Source: Planctomycetaceae bacterium (GTDB lineage: Bacteria > Planctomycetota > Planctomycetia > Pirellulales > Pirellulaceae). From it: 64,000 nucleotides of DNA. The notes below the pieces were generated by a model, which saw nothing but the letters and a program-made list of their open reading frames with translations, had not been told where the DNA came from and ran no database searches. The translations under genes and the position numbers were made by a program. This document shows, piece by piece, positions 46,664-57,272 of the stretch; position 1 is the first letter of the stretch; the number at the start of each line of letters is the position of its first letter. Location: positions 2,364-66,363 of the forward strand of contig RECD01000174.1 in the NCBI GenBank assembly GCA_007694185.1, given 5' to 3'.

Positions 46664-49054
46664 ATGCCCAAGCACCGCACACCGACCCAACTTCGCTGCT
46701 TCGCAACCACTTGGACCCGTGGCATCTGCCTCGTCGTCTGGCTGATCGCTTGGCCTGCCGGACAGAGCCTCGCCGAAGACAAAACGGCCGCTACCGCCGA
46801 ACCGGTCGCCGCAACGCAAGCAGTCGAATCGCCGGCAGCCGACCCGGCGACCGACGCCGAGGCGGAACCCGACCAGCCGCTGTCGGGCCACAGCTACCAT
46901 GGCGAAGCTTTCAACCGAGGCCCGCGACAAGCCGCCGAGTTGCTCCCCGGCATGGGAAACATCGACTTCCCCAGTTCCGCCCGGGAAGAACAGACCCAGC
47001 AATTCATCAACCAGGGAGTCGCCGCCCTGCACGGCTTCTGGTACCTCGAGGCCGAGCGTTCCTTTCGCCAAGCCGCGACGCTGCAGCCCGACCTCGGGAT
47101 CGCCTACTGGGGCATGGCGATGGCGAATACGAACAACTCGACCCGCGCCCGCGAATTCATCGAAAACGCGAAACAGCGCCGCGGCGAAGCGACGCGTCGC
47201 GAGCAGATGTACATCGATGCCTTGGCGAATTTCCTTAGCAAGCCGGAAAAGTCAGAGAACGCCGAACAGAAAAAGAAGCGGCAGCAGCAATACATCGATG
47301 CCCTCGAGGGAATTCTGAACGAGTTCCCGGACGACATCGAAGCCCGCGCCCTGCTCGCGCTGCAGCTCTGGCAAGCCCGACTCACCGTCCCCATCGCCAG
47401 CAATCACGCCGTCAACGCGTTGATGAGCGAAGTCTTTGCCGTCAACCCGCTGCACCCCGCCCACCACTACCGAATTCACCTCTGGGACGGCCCCCGCCCC
47501 GCCAACGCGCTGGCTTCCGCCGCCCTCTGCGGCCAATCCTTGCCGGGGATCGCCCACATGTGGCACATGCCCGGACACATCTACTCCAAACTGCATCGCT
47601 ACGAAGACGCGATCTGGCAACAAGAGGCTTCCGCCCGCACCGATCACGCCCACATGACCCGCGCGCGGCTGATGCCCGACCAAATCCATAATTTCTCGCA
47701 CAACAACGAATGGTTGGTGCGAAACCTGATCTTCTTGGGGCGGGTCGAGGAAGCCTTGCGACAGAGCGAAGACCTGCTGGCGATGCCCCGACACCCCGAC
47801 TACAACTCGCTGACCAAGCGTGGCAGCTACCGTCTGGGACGCACCCGATTGCTGCAAACGCTGACCGAGTTCGAATTGTGGGAACGCCTGGTGGAAGCCG
47901 GCCAAGGGCCGCTGCTCGAACCGACCACCGACGACGAACTGCTCGACGAACATCGCCAATGGATGATCGTCGCCCGGACCTTGAGCGGCAACGCCGACGC
48001 AGCCCGCAACGACCTCCGATCTTTCCATCGCAACCGCTTGAAACTCGAAACCGAGGTGCTCGATCTGGAGGAAGCCCTCGACGGCGTCGAGGAAGACAAA
48101 CGCAAAGCAGATAAACGGACCGGCACCCTGCAGAAGACCCGCTCGAAGCTCGATTCACTGAAACAGCGGATCGCGCTGTGTGAAACCGCCGCCGCCGTAG
48201 CGGCCAAGGACAAATCCGCCTTCGACGCAGCGATCGGGAAGGCTGGTAAGGTCGAAGACGTTTTGGCCGCATCCTGGCGAGGTCAAGCGGGGGATCGCGA
48301 CGGGGCGATCGAGGCCCTCAAGAAACTCGCTGATCAACGGACCAATCAGGTCCGACCGTTGGCCATCCTGATCGACCAACTCTGGCAGGCTGACAAACAA
48401 GACGAAGCGGTCGAGCGGTTCGCCACGTTACGCAAATTGGCCGGTTCGGCCGACCTTGAAACGCCGCTGCTCGCCCGCTTGCGCCCGGTCGCCGACAAGG
48501 CCGGCGTGGAAGGCGATTGGCGAATCCCGCACGAACCCGCCGACGACATCGGCGAACGACCCGAACTCGACACCCTCGGCCCCCGTTTCTGGAGCTCTTA
48601 CCTCGCCCCCCGCTGGAAGGCCCACACCGCTGACGACGAACCGATCGACGACGATCACTACCAAGGCAAACCGAAGGTCTTGATCTTCTACCTCGGTTTC
48701 GGCTGCCTGCACTGCGTCGAACAACTGAAGGCGTTCCAGCCCAAGGTCGCCGAGTTCGCGGCTCAAGGGATCGAGGTCGTGGGAATCAGCACCGAGTCGG
48801 TCGCGGAACTCCGCAAGGGGATCGAAACCTATGGCGAAGCAGCCCCCCTGCCGCTGCTGGCCGATCCCGATCATGAAGCGTTTAAGGCGTTTCGCTGCTG
48901 GGACGATTTCGAAAACCTGCCGCTGCACGGCACTTTCCTGATCGACGCCGACGGCCGCGTCCGCTGGCAAGACATCAGCTACGAACCGTTCTCCCAGGTC
49001 GATTTCTTGCTCGACGAATCCCGCCGCCTGCTCGCGATCCCCGCCCAGCGCTGA
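46664..49054 (+). CDS. secreted TPR-like repeat protein with a C-terminal thioredoxin-fold (AhpC/TSA/redoxin) domain
   Basis: 796 aa. Signal-like N-terminus (ICLVVWLIAWPAGQSLA) and a long helical repeat region. The C-terminal KVLIFYLGFGCLHCVEQL...GIEVVGIS...LLADPDHEAFKAF...HGTFLIDADGRVRW is redoxin-like, with CxxC. Confidence 0.6.
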   Translation: MPKHRTPTQLRCFATTWTRGICLVVWLIAWPAGQSLAEDKTAATAEPVAATQAVESPAADPATDAEAEPDQPLSGHSYHGEAFNRGPRQAAELLPGMGNIDFPSSAREEQTQQFINQGVAALHGFWYLEAERSFRQAATLQPDLGIAYWGMAMANTNNSTRAREFIENAKQRRGEATRREQMYIDALANFLSKPEKSENAEQKKKRQQQYIDALEGILNEFPDDIEARALLALQLWQARLTVPIASNHAVNALMSEVFAVNPLHPAHHYRIHLWDGPRPANALASAALCGQSLPGIAHMWHMPGHIYSKLHRYEDAIWQQEASARTDHAHMTRARLMPDQIHNFSHNNEWLVRNLIFLGRVEEALRQSEDLLAMPRHPDYNSLTKRGSYRLGRTRLLQTLTEFELWERLVEAGQGPLLEPTTDDELLDEHRQWMIVARTLSGNADAARNDLRSFHRNRLKLETEVLDLEEALDGVEEDKRKADKRTGTLQKTRSKLDSLKQRIALCETAAAVAAKDKSAFDAAIGKAGKVEDVLAASWRGQAGDRDGAIEALKKLADQRTNQVRPLAILIDQLWQADKQDEAVERFATLRKLAGSADLETPLLARLRPVADKAGVEGDWRIPHEPADDIGERPELDTLGPRFWSSYLAPRWKAHTADDEPIDDDHYQGKPKVLIFYLGFGCLHCVEQLKAFQPKVAEFAAQGIEVVGISTESVAELRKGIETYGEAAPLPLLADPDHEAFKAFRCWDDFENLPLHGTFLIDADGRVRWQDISYEPFSQVDFLLDESRRLLAIPAQR

Positions 49055-49097
49055 GTCCCGCTCCCGCCTGCTGGCGCTGAGCCGCGGCCGGGCTCGC

Positions 49098-50846
49098 TCA
49101 GGCGTCGGTCGTTGCGTCTTCGGTCGCCCGCCGCCCGAACCAGCGGATGAACAGCACCAAGCAACCCAATTGGATCGGGATCAGGATCAGCGGCGAAACG
49201 CCCCAGCCGACCGGAAGCGTCCCGAACAGGACGGCGAGCACGGCCAACAGGATCGCGTAGGGCATCTGGGTCAGCACGTGAGCGATGTGGTCACATCCGC
49301 TCGCTTGAGACGAAAGGATCGTCGTGTCGGAAATCGGTGAACAGTGATCGCCGAAAATCGCCCCGGCCAAAACGCCCCCCAACGACGCGAGCAGCAGCGG
49401 GTTATCTGCCGTGACGCCGCCCTGCTCGGAGAGCAGGCTGTGCGTCAGCGACAACACGAGCGGGATCAACATCCCCATCGTCCCGAAACTCGTGCCGGTA
49501 CAAAACGAGACGACGCCTGCCAACAAAAAGGTGATCGTTGGCAGCATCCGCAGCGTCCACTCCTGACCGGTAGCAGACGACGGGTCACTCCCCGCGATCA
49601 GTTGGCTGAGGTATTCGCCTGTGTAGAGCCGATGATCGCGGTAGGCGAACGGCGTCTGCGAGTCGGACGCGACGACCGGATAGACCTCGACCGGCTGGTC
49701 GCTCGTCATCCGCGATAACGCCGACGCCAACCACAGGATCGCGATCGCCGGCATCACCAACCCGGCACCACGTCGGATCGTGTGGGACATCTCGGCGAAC
49801 GTCATCAAGCCCTGCACGCGGTACATCAGCATCGCGACCAATAGCCCGCACAGCGACCCGTACTGCAAGGCGACCGAAGAATCGGCCGCACCGACGATTT
49901 CTCGCATGCTCGGTGGGTCCGCGTCGGTCGCGTCGATCCCCAGCGCGGCCAAGCCGGTCTGGCGTATCAACAAGATCACCACCCCGAGTGTCAAGAAAAT
50001 CGGCACGAGCGCGTTGGCCCAATGTGACATCCGATCGGGCAACGGGATCTCGTCCACCCCATGGCTGGCGGCCATGACCGCCGCGGGCGAGCGTTCCCCT
50101 TCTGAAGTGCCGTCGGCATCCGAGTCCGCCGGTGTCTCACCCGACTCCGAAACCCGCTTTCGCTCGGCCGCCAACATCGGCCCGAAATCTCGCCCCATCC
50201 AGGCGATCAACGGCACCATGACCAACGCCCCGATGACGTAAAACCGATACGGGATGCTGGCGACAAACAGATCGACCGGCGCCAACCCCTCCGCCGGATC
50301 GATCCCGTCCAAACCTTGACGGATGAAATCGATCTCGATCGCGACCCAGGTCGACAACAGCGACAAGCCGGCGACCGGGGCGGCGGTCGAGTCGACGATG
50401 TAGGCGAGCTTTTCACGTGAGATCCGCAACCGATCGCAGACCGGCCGCAGCGTGTTGCCGATCAACAAGGTGTTCGCGTAGTCATCGAAAAAGATCAGCA
50501 TCCCCATCAGCCACGTCGTCAACTGGCCGCCTCGACGCGACCGGGCCAACGGCGAAATCAATTCGACAAACCCCTGCATCCCGCCGCTGCGGATGACCAA
50601 CCCGACCAGGCCGCCCATCAACAGCGTGAAACTGAAGACACGCAGCTTGCCGGGGTCCACGACCGTCGGCCACAAGTGGACTTCGAACAGGTCATGGATC
50701 GCCCGCAACAGGTCGCCCTGATTGGTGATCAACGCCCCACAAAACAGCCCGGCCAACAGCGACAACACCGCCCGGCGGGTCAGAATCGCCAACGCGATCG
50801 CGACCACAGGCGGCAACAGACTCATCCATCCGAAAGGGTGTTCCAT
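49098..50846 (-). CDS. nhaC: NhaC-family Na+/H+ antiporter
   Basis: Multi-TM. MGMLIFFDDYANTLLIGNTLRPVCDRLRISREKLAYIVDSTAAPVAG is the NhaC family signature. The ATG at 50846 (MEHPFGW) avoids the 38-nt overlap that the track start at 50900 creates. Confidence 0.75.
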   Translation of the reverse strand: MEHPFGWMSLLPPVVAIALAILTRRAVLSLLAGLFCGALITNQGDLLRAIHDLFEVHLWPTVVDPGKLRVFSFTLLMGGLVGLVIRSGGMQGFVELISPLARSRRGGQLTTWLMGMLIFFDDYANTLLIGNTLRPVCDRLRISREKLAYIVDSTAAPVAGLSLLSTWVAIEIDFIRQGLDGIDPAEGLAPVDLFVASIPYRFYVIGALVMVPLIAWMGRDFGPMLAAERKRVSESGETPADSDADGTSEGERSPAAVMAASHGVDEIPLPDRMSHWANALVPIFLTLGVVILLIRQTGLAALGIDATDADPPSMREIVGAADSSVALQYGSLCGLLVAMLMYRVQGLMTFAEMSHTIRRGAGLVMPAIAILWLASALSRMTSDQPVEVYPVVASDSQTPFAYRDHRLYTGEYLSQLIAGSDPSSATGQEWTLRMLPTITFLLAGVVSFCTGTSFGTMGMLIPLVLSLTHSLLSEQGGVTADNPLLLASLGGVLAGAIFGDHCSPISDTTILSSQASGCDHIAHVLTQMPYAILLAVLAVLFGTLPVGWGVSPLILIPIQLGCLVLFIRWFGRRATEDATTDA

Positions 50847-50862
50847 ACGACGCGACGGGGTG

Positions 50863-51708
50863 TCAAAGGGTGCTGCCGGGGGATCGCCGAATTTCCGCAA
50901 AACGTTCGACCTGGGCGGTCAACGCGATCTCTGTCGGCAGTCGCTCCATCGAACTGGCGCCGTAAAACCCGCCGAGACCGGGGAGTGCATCGAGCATGAA
51001 GCGGGCATCCTCGGGCATCGCGATCGGACCGCCATGGCACAGCACGATCACGTCGGGCCGGACGCCGCGCGCCGCGTCGATCATTTCGCCGACCCGCGGC
51101 ACACAATCCTCCAGCGTCAATGCCGTGCGGGCCCCGATCGTGCCGCTGGTGGTCAACCCCATGTGGGCGACGATGATGTCGGCGCCGACCCGCGTCATCT
51201 CACGAGCCTGCCCCGCGTCGAAAACGTAGGGCGACGTCAACAGGTCCATCCGATGGGCGGCGCCGATGCAATCGATCTCGTGCCCAAACCCCATCCCCGT
51301 CTCTTCCAAATTGGCGCGAAACGTCCCGTCGATCAGCCCCACCGTAGGAAAATTCTGGATGCCGGCAAACCCCAACCGCTTCAGGTCCTCGAGGAATACG
51401 TCCCGAATCAAAAACGGGTCGGTCGCGCAGACACCCGCCAACACCGGTGTTTCCTTCACCGCAGTCAACACCTCCCGAGCCATCTGCAACACCACCTCGT
51501 TCGCATTGCCATACGGCATCAGCCCCGCAAGCGAACCACGGCCCGCCATCCGATAGCGACCCGAATTGTAGATCACGATCAGATCGATCCCGCCCGCCTC
51601 CTCGCATTTCGCGCTGATCCCCGTTCCGGCACCACCGCCGATGATCGGCAACCCGGCGGCGATCTTCTGCCGCAGGCGCGTCAAGATTTCGGCCCGTTCG
51701 ATTCTCAA
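50863..51708 (-). CDS. phosphoenolpyruvate hydrolase-like TIM-barrel protein (PF09370-type, as in the Tm-1 C-terminal domain)
   Basis: [63 protein letters not shown]... matches this family by eye. The start is uncertain: TTG at 51708 (281 aa, typical length) or ATG at 51852. The track start at 51894 runs into the repeat element. Confidence 0.6.
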   Translation of the reverse strand: MRIERAEILTRLRQKIAAGLPIIGGGAGTGISAKCEEAGGIDLIVIYNSGRYRMAGRGSLAGLMPYGNANEVVLQMAREVLTAVKETPVLAGVCATDPFLIRDVFLEDLKRLGFAGIQNFPTVGLIDGTFRANLEETGMGFGHEIDCIGAAHRMDLLTSPYVFDAGQAREMTRVGADIIVAHMGLTTSGTIGARTALTLEDCVPRVGEMIDAARGVRPDVIVLCHGGPIAMPEDARFMLDALPGLGGFYGASSMERLPTEIALTAQVERFAEIRRSPGSTL

Positions 51709-51883
51709 AACGTGTTCCTCACTGCGATCGATCGCCCCTGCTGCCGTCGACGTTACGGTAGCGTCATCCGGCGGAAAAAAATGTCCGATGCGAAAGGCAT
51801 TGTCGCGAAACACCGTCTGCGAAACGAGCCCACCACACGACACATCGATCATTCCTAATCCCGGAGCGGCTAAGAAATTTAAA

Positions 51884-52073
51884 GTAGCAGGCACACTCCG
51901 AGTGCCGTCCGCCCGCCTCCAAAAAGCGTAGCTTTGGTAGCGTCACGGCACACGGAGTGTGCCTACTACTTTGCCTCCCAATATCCCGCAGGGATTACAC
52001 GGGTCGCGCAGCGCACCCGGGGATTGCACGACAAAAACGAAGGTTTCGACCCCGCAGGGGTCGCAGAAACCGA
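51884..52073 (+). repeat. intergenic hairpin-bearing repeat element, copy 1 (MITE/REP-like)
   Basis: Module 1 has 21-nt inverted arms at 51887-51907 (gcaggcacactccgagtgccg) and 51946-51966 (cggcacacggagtgtgcctac), with 19 of 21 positions complementary. Module 2 runs ~51985-52073 (cccgcagggatt...gggtcgcgcagcgcacccgggg...cccgcaggggtcgcag). A second copy lies in the same orientation at 60416-60656. Confidence 0.85.
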
Positions 52074-52518
52074 CCGCCGGCTGGTCGCTGTCATCCCACC
52101 GTGATATTCGCTGACCGCTCTGACAGCCAACAACCATCGACTTGCGCAGAATCTTAGCAGAACCCACCGAAAAATTGAGCAACTCCCCGATGACCTCCAG
52201 AAGCGGGCAGCGGCAACTCATTTCAGGGCTTCCCTGTTAACGGAGCCGAACTTGCCGCAGCCTTGCCCGGGCGGAATTCTCGCTCACAAAGCCCTCGGTG
52301 CCGAGGGAATCGCAGCGGATTTTCTCAAGTTGGTTCGGATTATGCACTGCCGAATACCTGGCCGGCGTTGTTCGCCCATTTTTCGCCGGCGACAGATGGC
52401 TCGGTCGGCTGCGGATCGCGTCTCCGCGATGAACAGCACCTTGCCGTCTACGCGGATTCGGTACGGCCGGCGGGGCTGAGTCCAGCGGTTCATTCATGCA
52501 TTTTTTTTGGTGAAACTC

Positions 52519-53673
52519 ATGGTGATGCGGCACAGTCTGATTTCTCCGAGTCCTCGGCGGCGCGGCCGCCGCGGGTTCACGCTCGTCGAGTTGCTGGTGG
52601 TGATCGCGATCATCGGCGTGATGGTCGGGTTGTTGCTGCCGGCGGTTCAGGCTGCCCGCGAGGCGGCGCGTCGGATGTCCTGCTCGAACAACCTCAAGCA
52701 GCTCGGGTTGGCCCTGCACAACTACCATGACACGTTCAACTCCTTGCCCTTCCGCGAAGGCGGGACGAGCGGTTCGACCGACGGCGGTTCGGTGGGATCG
52801 ATCAACCAGAGCAACCAGAATCGCGGCAGCGGGATGACGATGCTGTTGCCGTTCATCGAACAGGGGCCGCTGTACGACCAGATCAATTCGGTCCAAACCT
52901 TCAACGGGATCACCTTCCCCCCGTTCGGTCCGACGCCGTCCGACGCGATGGTCTACCCGCCGTACGCCACCGACGTATCGACCTTCCTCTGTCCCTCCTC
53001 GCCCCAGGTGAAGCTGGTCGGTGGCGGCAATTACGGCCTCTGTCATTACGCCATGTCGAGCGGCGACAGCAGCCTGTTCATCACTTGGCGAGCACCAAGC
53101 AACGCCACTTCAGCCCGAACCCGAGTTCGTGGCACCTTCGGCTACCGTTTGAACAATCGGAAGTTCCGCGACATCCTGGATGGCTTGAGCAATTCGATCG
53201 CGATGTCGGAACTGACCACGTCGATCGGCGGCCGCGCCATCCTCGGCGGTACCGCCCGAAATCTCGGGATGGGGATCATCGATTCGCCGCTGACCTGCTT
53301 CCAATACGTCAGCAACCAGACGAAGGAGTTTCTCCCTTCGGTGCCGACCGTTTCGCTGGCCCGCGGACAACGGTGGGCGAGCGGTTCGGTGGCCTACATC
53401 GCGATCAACACGATCTTGCCGCCGAACTCACCGGCTTGCACGTTCGAGAGCGAGTTCCGTTCGGTAGGGCTTTACCCGGCCCAGAGCCGTCACCCCGGCG
53501 GGGTCCAAGTGCTGCTCAACGACGGGTCGGCAAGGTTCATTTCCGAAAGCATCGATACCGGCAACTTGGCGTTGCCTTCGCCCGACACCACCGGCACGGT
53601 GCTGAGCCCCTACGGCGTCTGGGGAGCACTCGGATCGATCGCCGGTAACGAGGTGATCGGTTCGATCGATTGA
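52519..53673 (+). CDS. DUF1559 / H-X9-DG protein with a prepilin-type N-terminal cleavage-methylation helix
   Basis: [55 protein letters not shown] and C-terminal [21 protein letters not shown] at 52519 or 52525 (track TTG at 52507). Confidence 0.85.
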   Translation: MVMRHSLISPSPRRRGRRGFTLVELLVVIAIIGVMVGLLLPAVQAAREAARRMSCSNNLKQLGLALHNYHDTFNSLPFREGGTSGSTDGGSVGSINQSNQNRGSGMTMLLPFIEQGPLYDQINSVQTFNGITFPPFGPTPSDAMVYPPYATDVSTFLCPSSPQVKLVGGGNYGLCHYAMSSGDSSLFITWRAPSNATSARTRVRGTFGYRLNNRKFRDILDGLSNSIAMSELTTSIGGRAILGGTARNLGMGIIDSPLTCFQYVSNQTKEFLPSVPTVSLARGQRWASGSVAYIAINTILPPNSPACTFESEFRSVGLYPAQSRHPGGVQVLLNDGSARFISESIDTGNLALPSPDTTGTVLSPYGVWGALGSIAGNEVIGSID

Positions 53674-53996
53674 AGTCGCCGCCCCCGCGGCTGCCACTCA
53701 CCAAAAGCCGATCCGCCGCGGATCGCCCGCGCCGCATCGGCGACCCGTCCGCGTCTGTCGGCGGCTCGGTTTCTTGCCACCAATCATTGGTCAACCAGTT
53801 TTTGGGCGGCCGCGTTCAGGGCGACCGCCCGGCGTGAAATTTTCCCGCGCACGGACCGTCGTGGCCCCAGCAGCCCAGCGGCCACGCCGCTTGCTGGTCA
53901 TCCCTTCGAACGGCGTCGTGGCTCGCCCAGCCCGCTCGCGGCGCCCGCCCATCCGATTTTTCGACCTTTCATCCACCACTCAAGAGTCTCTGTTCC

Positions 53997-54482
53997 ATGA
54001 CCGTTACCGATCAAGCTCGTGCCCTCCTGGCCGGAGCTGCCTTGCTGTTTCTTCCACAATTCTTGGGGTGCTCGGGTGGTGAACCGGCAGGCCGACCGGC
54101 ACGGGTTCCCGCTGGCGGCGTCGTGCTGGAAAACGGCCAGCCCGTTGCCGGCGCGACCGTCGTCTTCATCCCGATCGCCCACAAGCAGGGGGCGGCCGCG
54201 ACGACCGACGACAGCGGCCGATTCTCGCTGATGACTTTCAATCCCGAGGACGGAGCCGTTCCCGGGAGCTATCAGGTGACGATTCGCAAGGTCGAGCTGT
54301 TGCCGGGCAAGGCGGTCAAATCGAGCGAAGGGGGGAGCGGCGAAGGGGGCGAGGATGACGAAGCCCCGCCACCGCCGATCGAGAAGCATTTGATCCCCGA
54401 AAAATATTCCCAAGTCGCGACGAGCGGGCTGCAAGTCGATGTGGTCGACGGGCAAGCGAATGAGTTCAGTTTCGAACTCTAG
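53997..54482 (+). CDS. small lipoprotein with a carboxypeptidase-regulatory-like (beta-sandwich) domain
   Basis: 161 aa. Lipobox LFLPQFLGCSG. GGVVLENGQPVAGATVVFIP...TTDDSGRFSL...GSYQVTI. This is the usual partner type downstream of DUF1559 genes in planctomycetes. Confidence 0.65.
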   Translation: MTVTDQARALLAGAALLFLPQFLGCSGGEPAGRPARVPAGGVVLENGQPVAGATVVFIPIAHKQGAAATTDDSGRFSLMTFNPEDGAVPGSYQVTIRKVELLPGKAVKSSEGGSGEGGEDDEAPPPPIEKHLIPEKYSQVATSGLQVDVVDGQANEFSFEL

Positions 54483-54641
54483 CCGCCGTTCCCCCATCGG
54501 CCTCGTTGGACGAATCTTCCGGACTATCCTGGTAGTCAGCTTCCCCGTGTTCCCCGACTCACGGCCCGGGACGCTTTTCGCCGGTTTCACAGTCTCCGAA
54601 TCACCAGCCGGGTCGGTTTTCGACCTCTTCTTTGCAACCCG

Positions 54642-57272
54642 ATGGATACCATGAGATCGTTTCTTCGAAGCTCGGCTCGCGAGCGGTTGACCGACCTGCG
54701 GCGGATGATGCCGACTGACGGTCGTCTCCGTTGGCTCCTGCTGGGGATCGCCTGCCTCGGATTGCTGGCGTCGCCTGCCACCGTGTCGGCCGAACCGCCG
54801 ATCGGTCCGCTGGCGGCGGCCGCACGAGCCGATGCCGATGCCGTGGCCAGCGGCGACGCCGACGCGGTCCCGTCCCCCGCGACCTTCCTCGGGCGTCCCG
54901 TCGGCACCGATTTTCAATTGGCCGATTGGACCCAGGTGAGCGACTACTACCGCCGGTTGGCCGAGACGAGCTCACGGGTGATCCTCCGGTCGGCCGGCCA
55001 GACGACCGAGGGTCGCGACTTTCTCTACGCGATCATTTCGGACGAATACAACCTGGCGAGGCTGGACGAGATCCAAGCGAACTCGAAGATCATCGCCGAC
55101 CCGCGCGGCGTTCCCGCCGGCCGTCGCCGCCAAGCGATCCGTGACGGCAAGGTGATCCTCTTCGTGACACCGACGATGCACGCTTCCGAAACGGCAGCGA
55201 CCGAAATGGGGATGCAATTCGCCTGGTCATTGGCGACTTCCGATGAAGAGCCCTATCGGAACGCGCGTAAAAAATGTGTCGTCGTGATCACCCCGTCACT
55301 CAATCCGGACGGCGTCGACGTCGTCGTCGACTGGTATCGGCAACACGTCGGCACGCCGCTGGAAGGGACCGAACTGCCGCGGCTCTACCAGCTCTACACG
55401 GGGCACGACAACAACCGCGATTGGTTCATGTTGACCCAAGCCGAAACCCGGCACCTGACGCGATTGCTTTACCGCGAGTGGTTCCCTCAATTCCTGTGGG
55501 ACGTTCACCAACAGGGGAACACGACCGAACGGTTTTTTGTGCCGCCCTACCGAGACCCGTTGAACCCGAATCTCGATCCCGGAATCGTCGCCGGCATCAA
55601 CCTGATCGGGTCCCGCGCGGTTTTGGACATGACCCGCGAAGGGTTTACCGGGATCGCTTCGGGCGTCTCCTACGACAACTGGTGGAACGGCGGCAACCGC
55701 AGCGTCCCGGCACGCCACAACGTGATCGGGATTTTGACCGAGGCGGCATCGGTCAAGATCGCCTCGCCGATCTTCCAAACCCAAGCCTCGTTGAACGACC
55801 CGTTGGGGACCGGCAAGTACCAACCGAGCAATCAGTTCGTCCGGCCGTGGCCGGGCGGTTGGTGGCGGTTGCGCGACATCATCGACTACGAACTCGCCTT
55901 CGGCCGTTCGTTCCTGGGCAGCATCAGCCGCGAGCCGCAGCATTGGCTTCGTAACGCCATGGAAGCGGCCCAGCGGAATATCGACGCCGCCGATGTCAGC
56001 GGCCCCCGCGGGTGGCTGATCCCGACCGACGTGCACGACGTCGGGGCTACCCGTCGGTTGCTCGATGTGCTGATCGCCTCGGGTGTCGAAGTCCACCGGG
56101 CGACAGAAGCCTTCCGATCCGACGGCCGCGACTACCCAGCCGGCACGATCGTGATCCGTCGCGATCAACCCTACGGCGGTTACGTCAAGGATCTGTTCGA
56201 ACTGCAAAACTTTCCGCCGGGCGTCAAACCTTACGACGTGACGGGCTGGACCCTGCCGCTGCTGCTGGGGGTTCGTCGGATCGAAGTCCGCGACCCTTGG
56301 GAGGTGACGACGGAGCGGGTGGAGGAACCGAGTCAGGCGCTGTCCGCCTTTCTCGGCGATCCGCGACTGGCGGACGCCGACGCCGCGCCCGAAACCCTCT
56401 CACTCGCCGACAGCGATTCGTGGACCAAACTGGTGAAGCGGCTCGGCGATGGCGAGTCGCTGCGGATGCTGACCAGACCCCCTCAGGCCGGGTTGGTGGT
56501 TCCCAAACCGGAGGCCCAAGAACCTATCGGGATCGACTTGTCAGGACTACCTCGAATCGGGCTGTACAGCCCCTGGTCTTCCAGCATGGACGAGGGCTGG
56601 ATGCGGTGGGTGCTGGAGCACTTCGAAATCCCGTTCACGACGGTTCGGAACGAATCGATCCGAGCGGGTGATCTGAACTCGGTTTACGACGTCTTGGTCA
56701 TCCCCAGCCTTACCGCACGCTCGATCGACCGGGGCCGCCCGGTCGAAACCTCGCCATGGGAATTGGCTGGGGGGCTCGATCCGGAAGGGGCGATCGAGAT
56801 CCAGCGGTTCGTCCGTCGCGGCGGGCGGTTGATCGTGATGGACAATTCCGCCACCTGGGCCATCAACCTGCTCCGCTTGCCGCTCATCGACGTGACCCGT
56901 GGGGCCAAAGATTTGTCCTGTCCCGGCAGCGTGCTCCGCGGGGTCGTCAAGTCGGATCGGTTGACCGCCGGTCTGCCGGACGAATTGGCGTTGTTTTTCT
57001 CCAACTCTTCCGCCTACCGGGTGATGACCAACACCGAACGGGACGCGGCAGGTGCGGAGGAAATCCCAGTCAAGACGCTGCTGAGTTATGCCTCCAACCG
57101 GTTGTTGCTATCCGGCTTCCTGGAAGGGGAGCAAGCCCTAACCGGCCAGGGAGCCTGGATGCAACTCCCCTACGGCGACGGCCAGGTCCACCTATTCGGC
57201 TTCCGCCCCCACTACCGCGCCTGGTCCCAAGCGACCTTCCACCTCCTCTTCCGAGCGATGTTGATAAAGTAA
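54642..57272 (+). CDS. secreted M14-family zinc metallopeptidase-like protein (large)
   Basis: 876 aa with a signal peptide (LLLGIACLGLLASPATVSA). HxxE zinc motif in VTPTMHASETAATEMG. Also NPDGVD, YTGHDNNRDW and GILTEAAS, in the order expected for M14. Confidence 0.65.
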   Translation: MDTMRSFLRSSARERLTDLRRMMPTDGRLRWLLLGIACLGLLASPATVSAEPPIGPLAAAARADADAVASGDADAVPSPATFLGRPVGTDFQLADWTQVSDYYRRLAETSSRVILRSAGQTTEGRDFLYAIISDEYNLARLDEIQANSKIIADPRGVPAGRRRQAIRDGKVILFVTPTMHASETAATEMGMQFAWSLATSDEEPYRNARKKCVVVITPSLNPDGVDVVVDWYRQHVGTPLEGTELPRLYQLYTGHDNNRDWFMLTQAETRHLTRLLYREWFPQFLWDVHQQGNTTERFFVPPYRDPLNPNLDPGIVAGINLIGSRAVLDMTREGFTGIASGVSYDNWWNGGNRSVPARHNVIGILTEAASVKIASPIFQTQASLNDPLGTGKYQPSNQFVRPWPGGWWRLRDIIDYELAFGRSFLGSISREPQHWLRNAMEAAQRNIDAADVSGPRGWLIPTDVHDVGATRRLLDVLIASGVEVHRATEAFRSDGRDYPAGTIVIRRDQPYGGYVKDLFELQNFPPGVKPYDVTGWTLPLLLGVRRIEVRDPWEVTTERVEEPSQALSAFLGDPRLADADAAPETLSLADSDSWTKLVKRLGDGESLRMLTRPPQAGLVVPKPEAQEPIGIDLSGLPRIGLYSPWSSSMDEGWMRWVLEHFEIPFTTVRNESIRAGDLNSVYDVLVIPSLTARSIDRGRPVETSPWELAGGLDPEGAIEIQRFVRRGGRLIVMDNSATWAINLLRLPLIDVTRGAKDLSCPGSVLRGVVKSDRLTAGLPDELALFFSNSSAYRVMTNTERDAAGAEEIPVKTLLSYASNRLLLSGFLEGEQALTGQGAWMQLPYGDGQVHLFGFRPHYRAWSQATFHLLFRAMLIK

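Noticed and set aside
51641-52221. Small ORFs 51641..51931 (+), 51764..51946 (-) and 51943..52221 (-), and likewise 60279..60693 around copy 2. They contain peptides such as [13 protein letters not shown] and HTECACYF.
   Set aside because: They are read-throughs of the inverted-repeat element. The same peptide strings appear on both strands because of the palindrome, so they are repeat-derived artefacts rather than genes.
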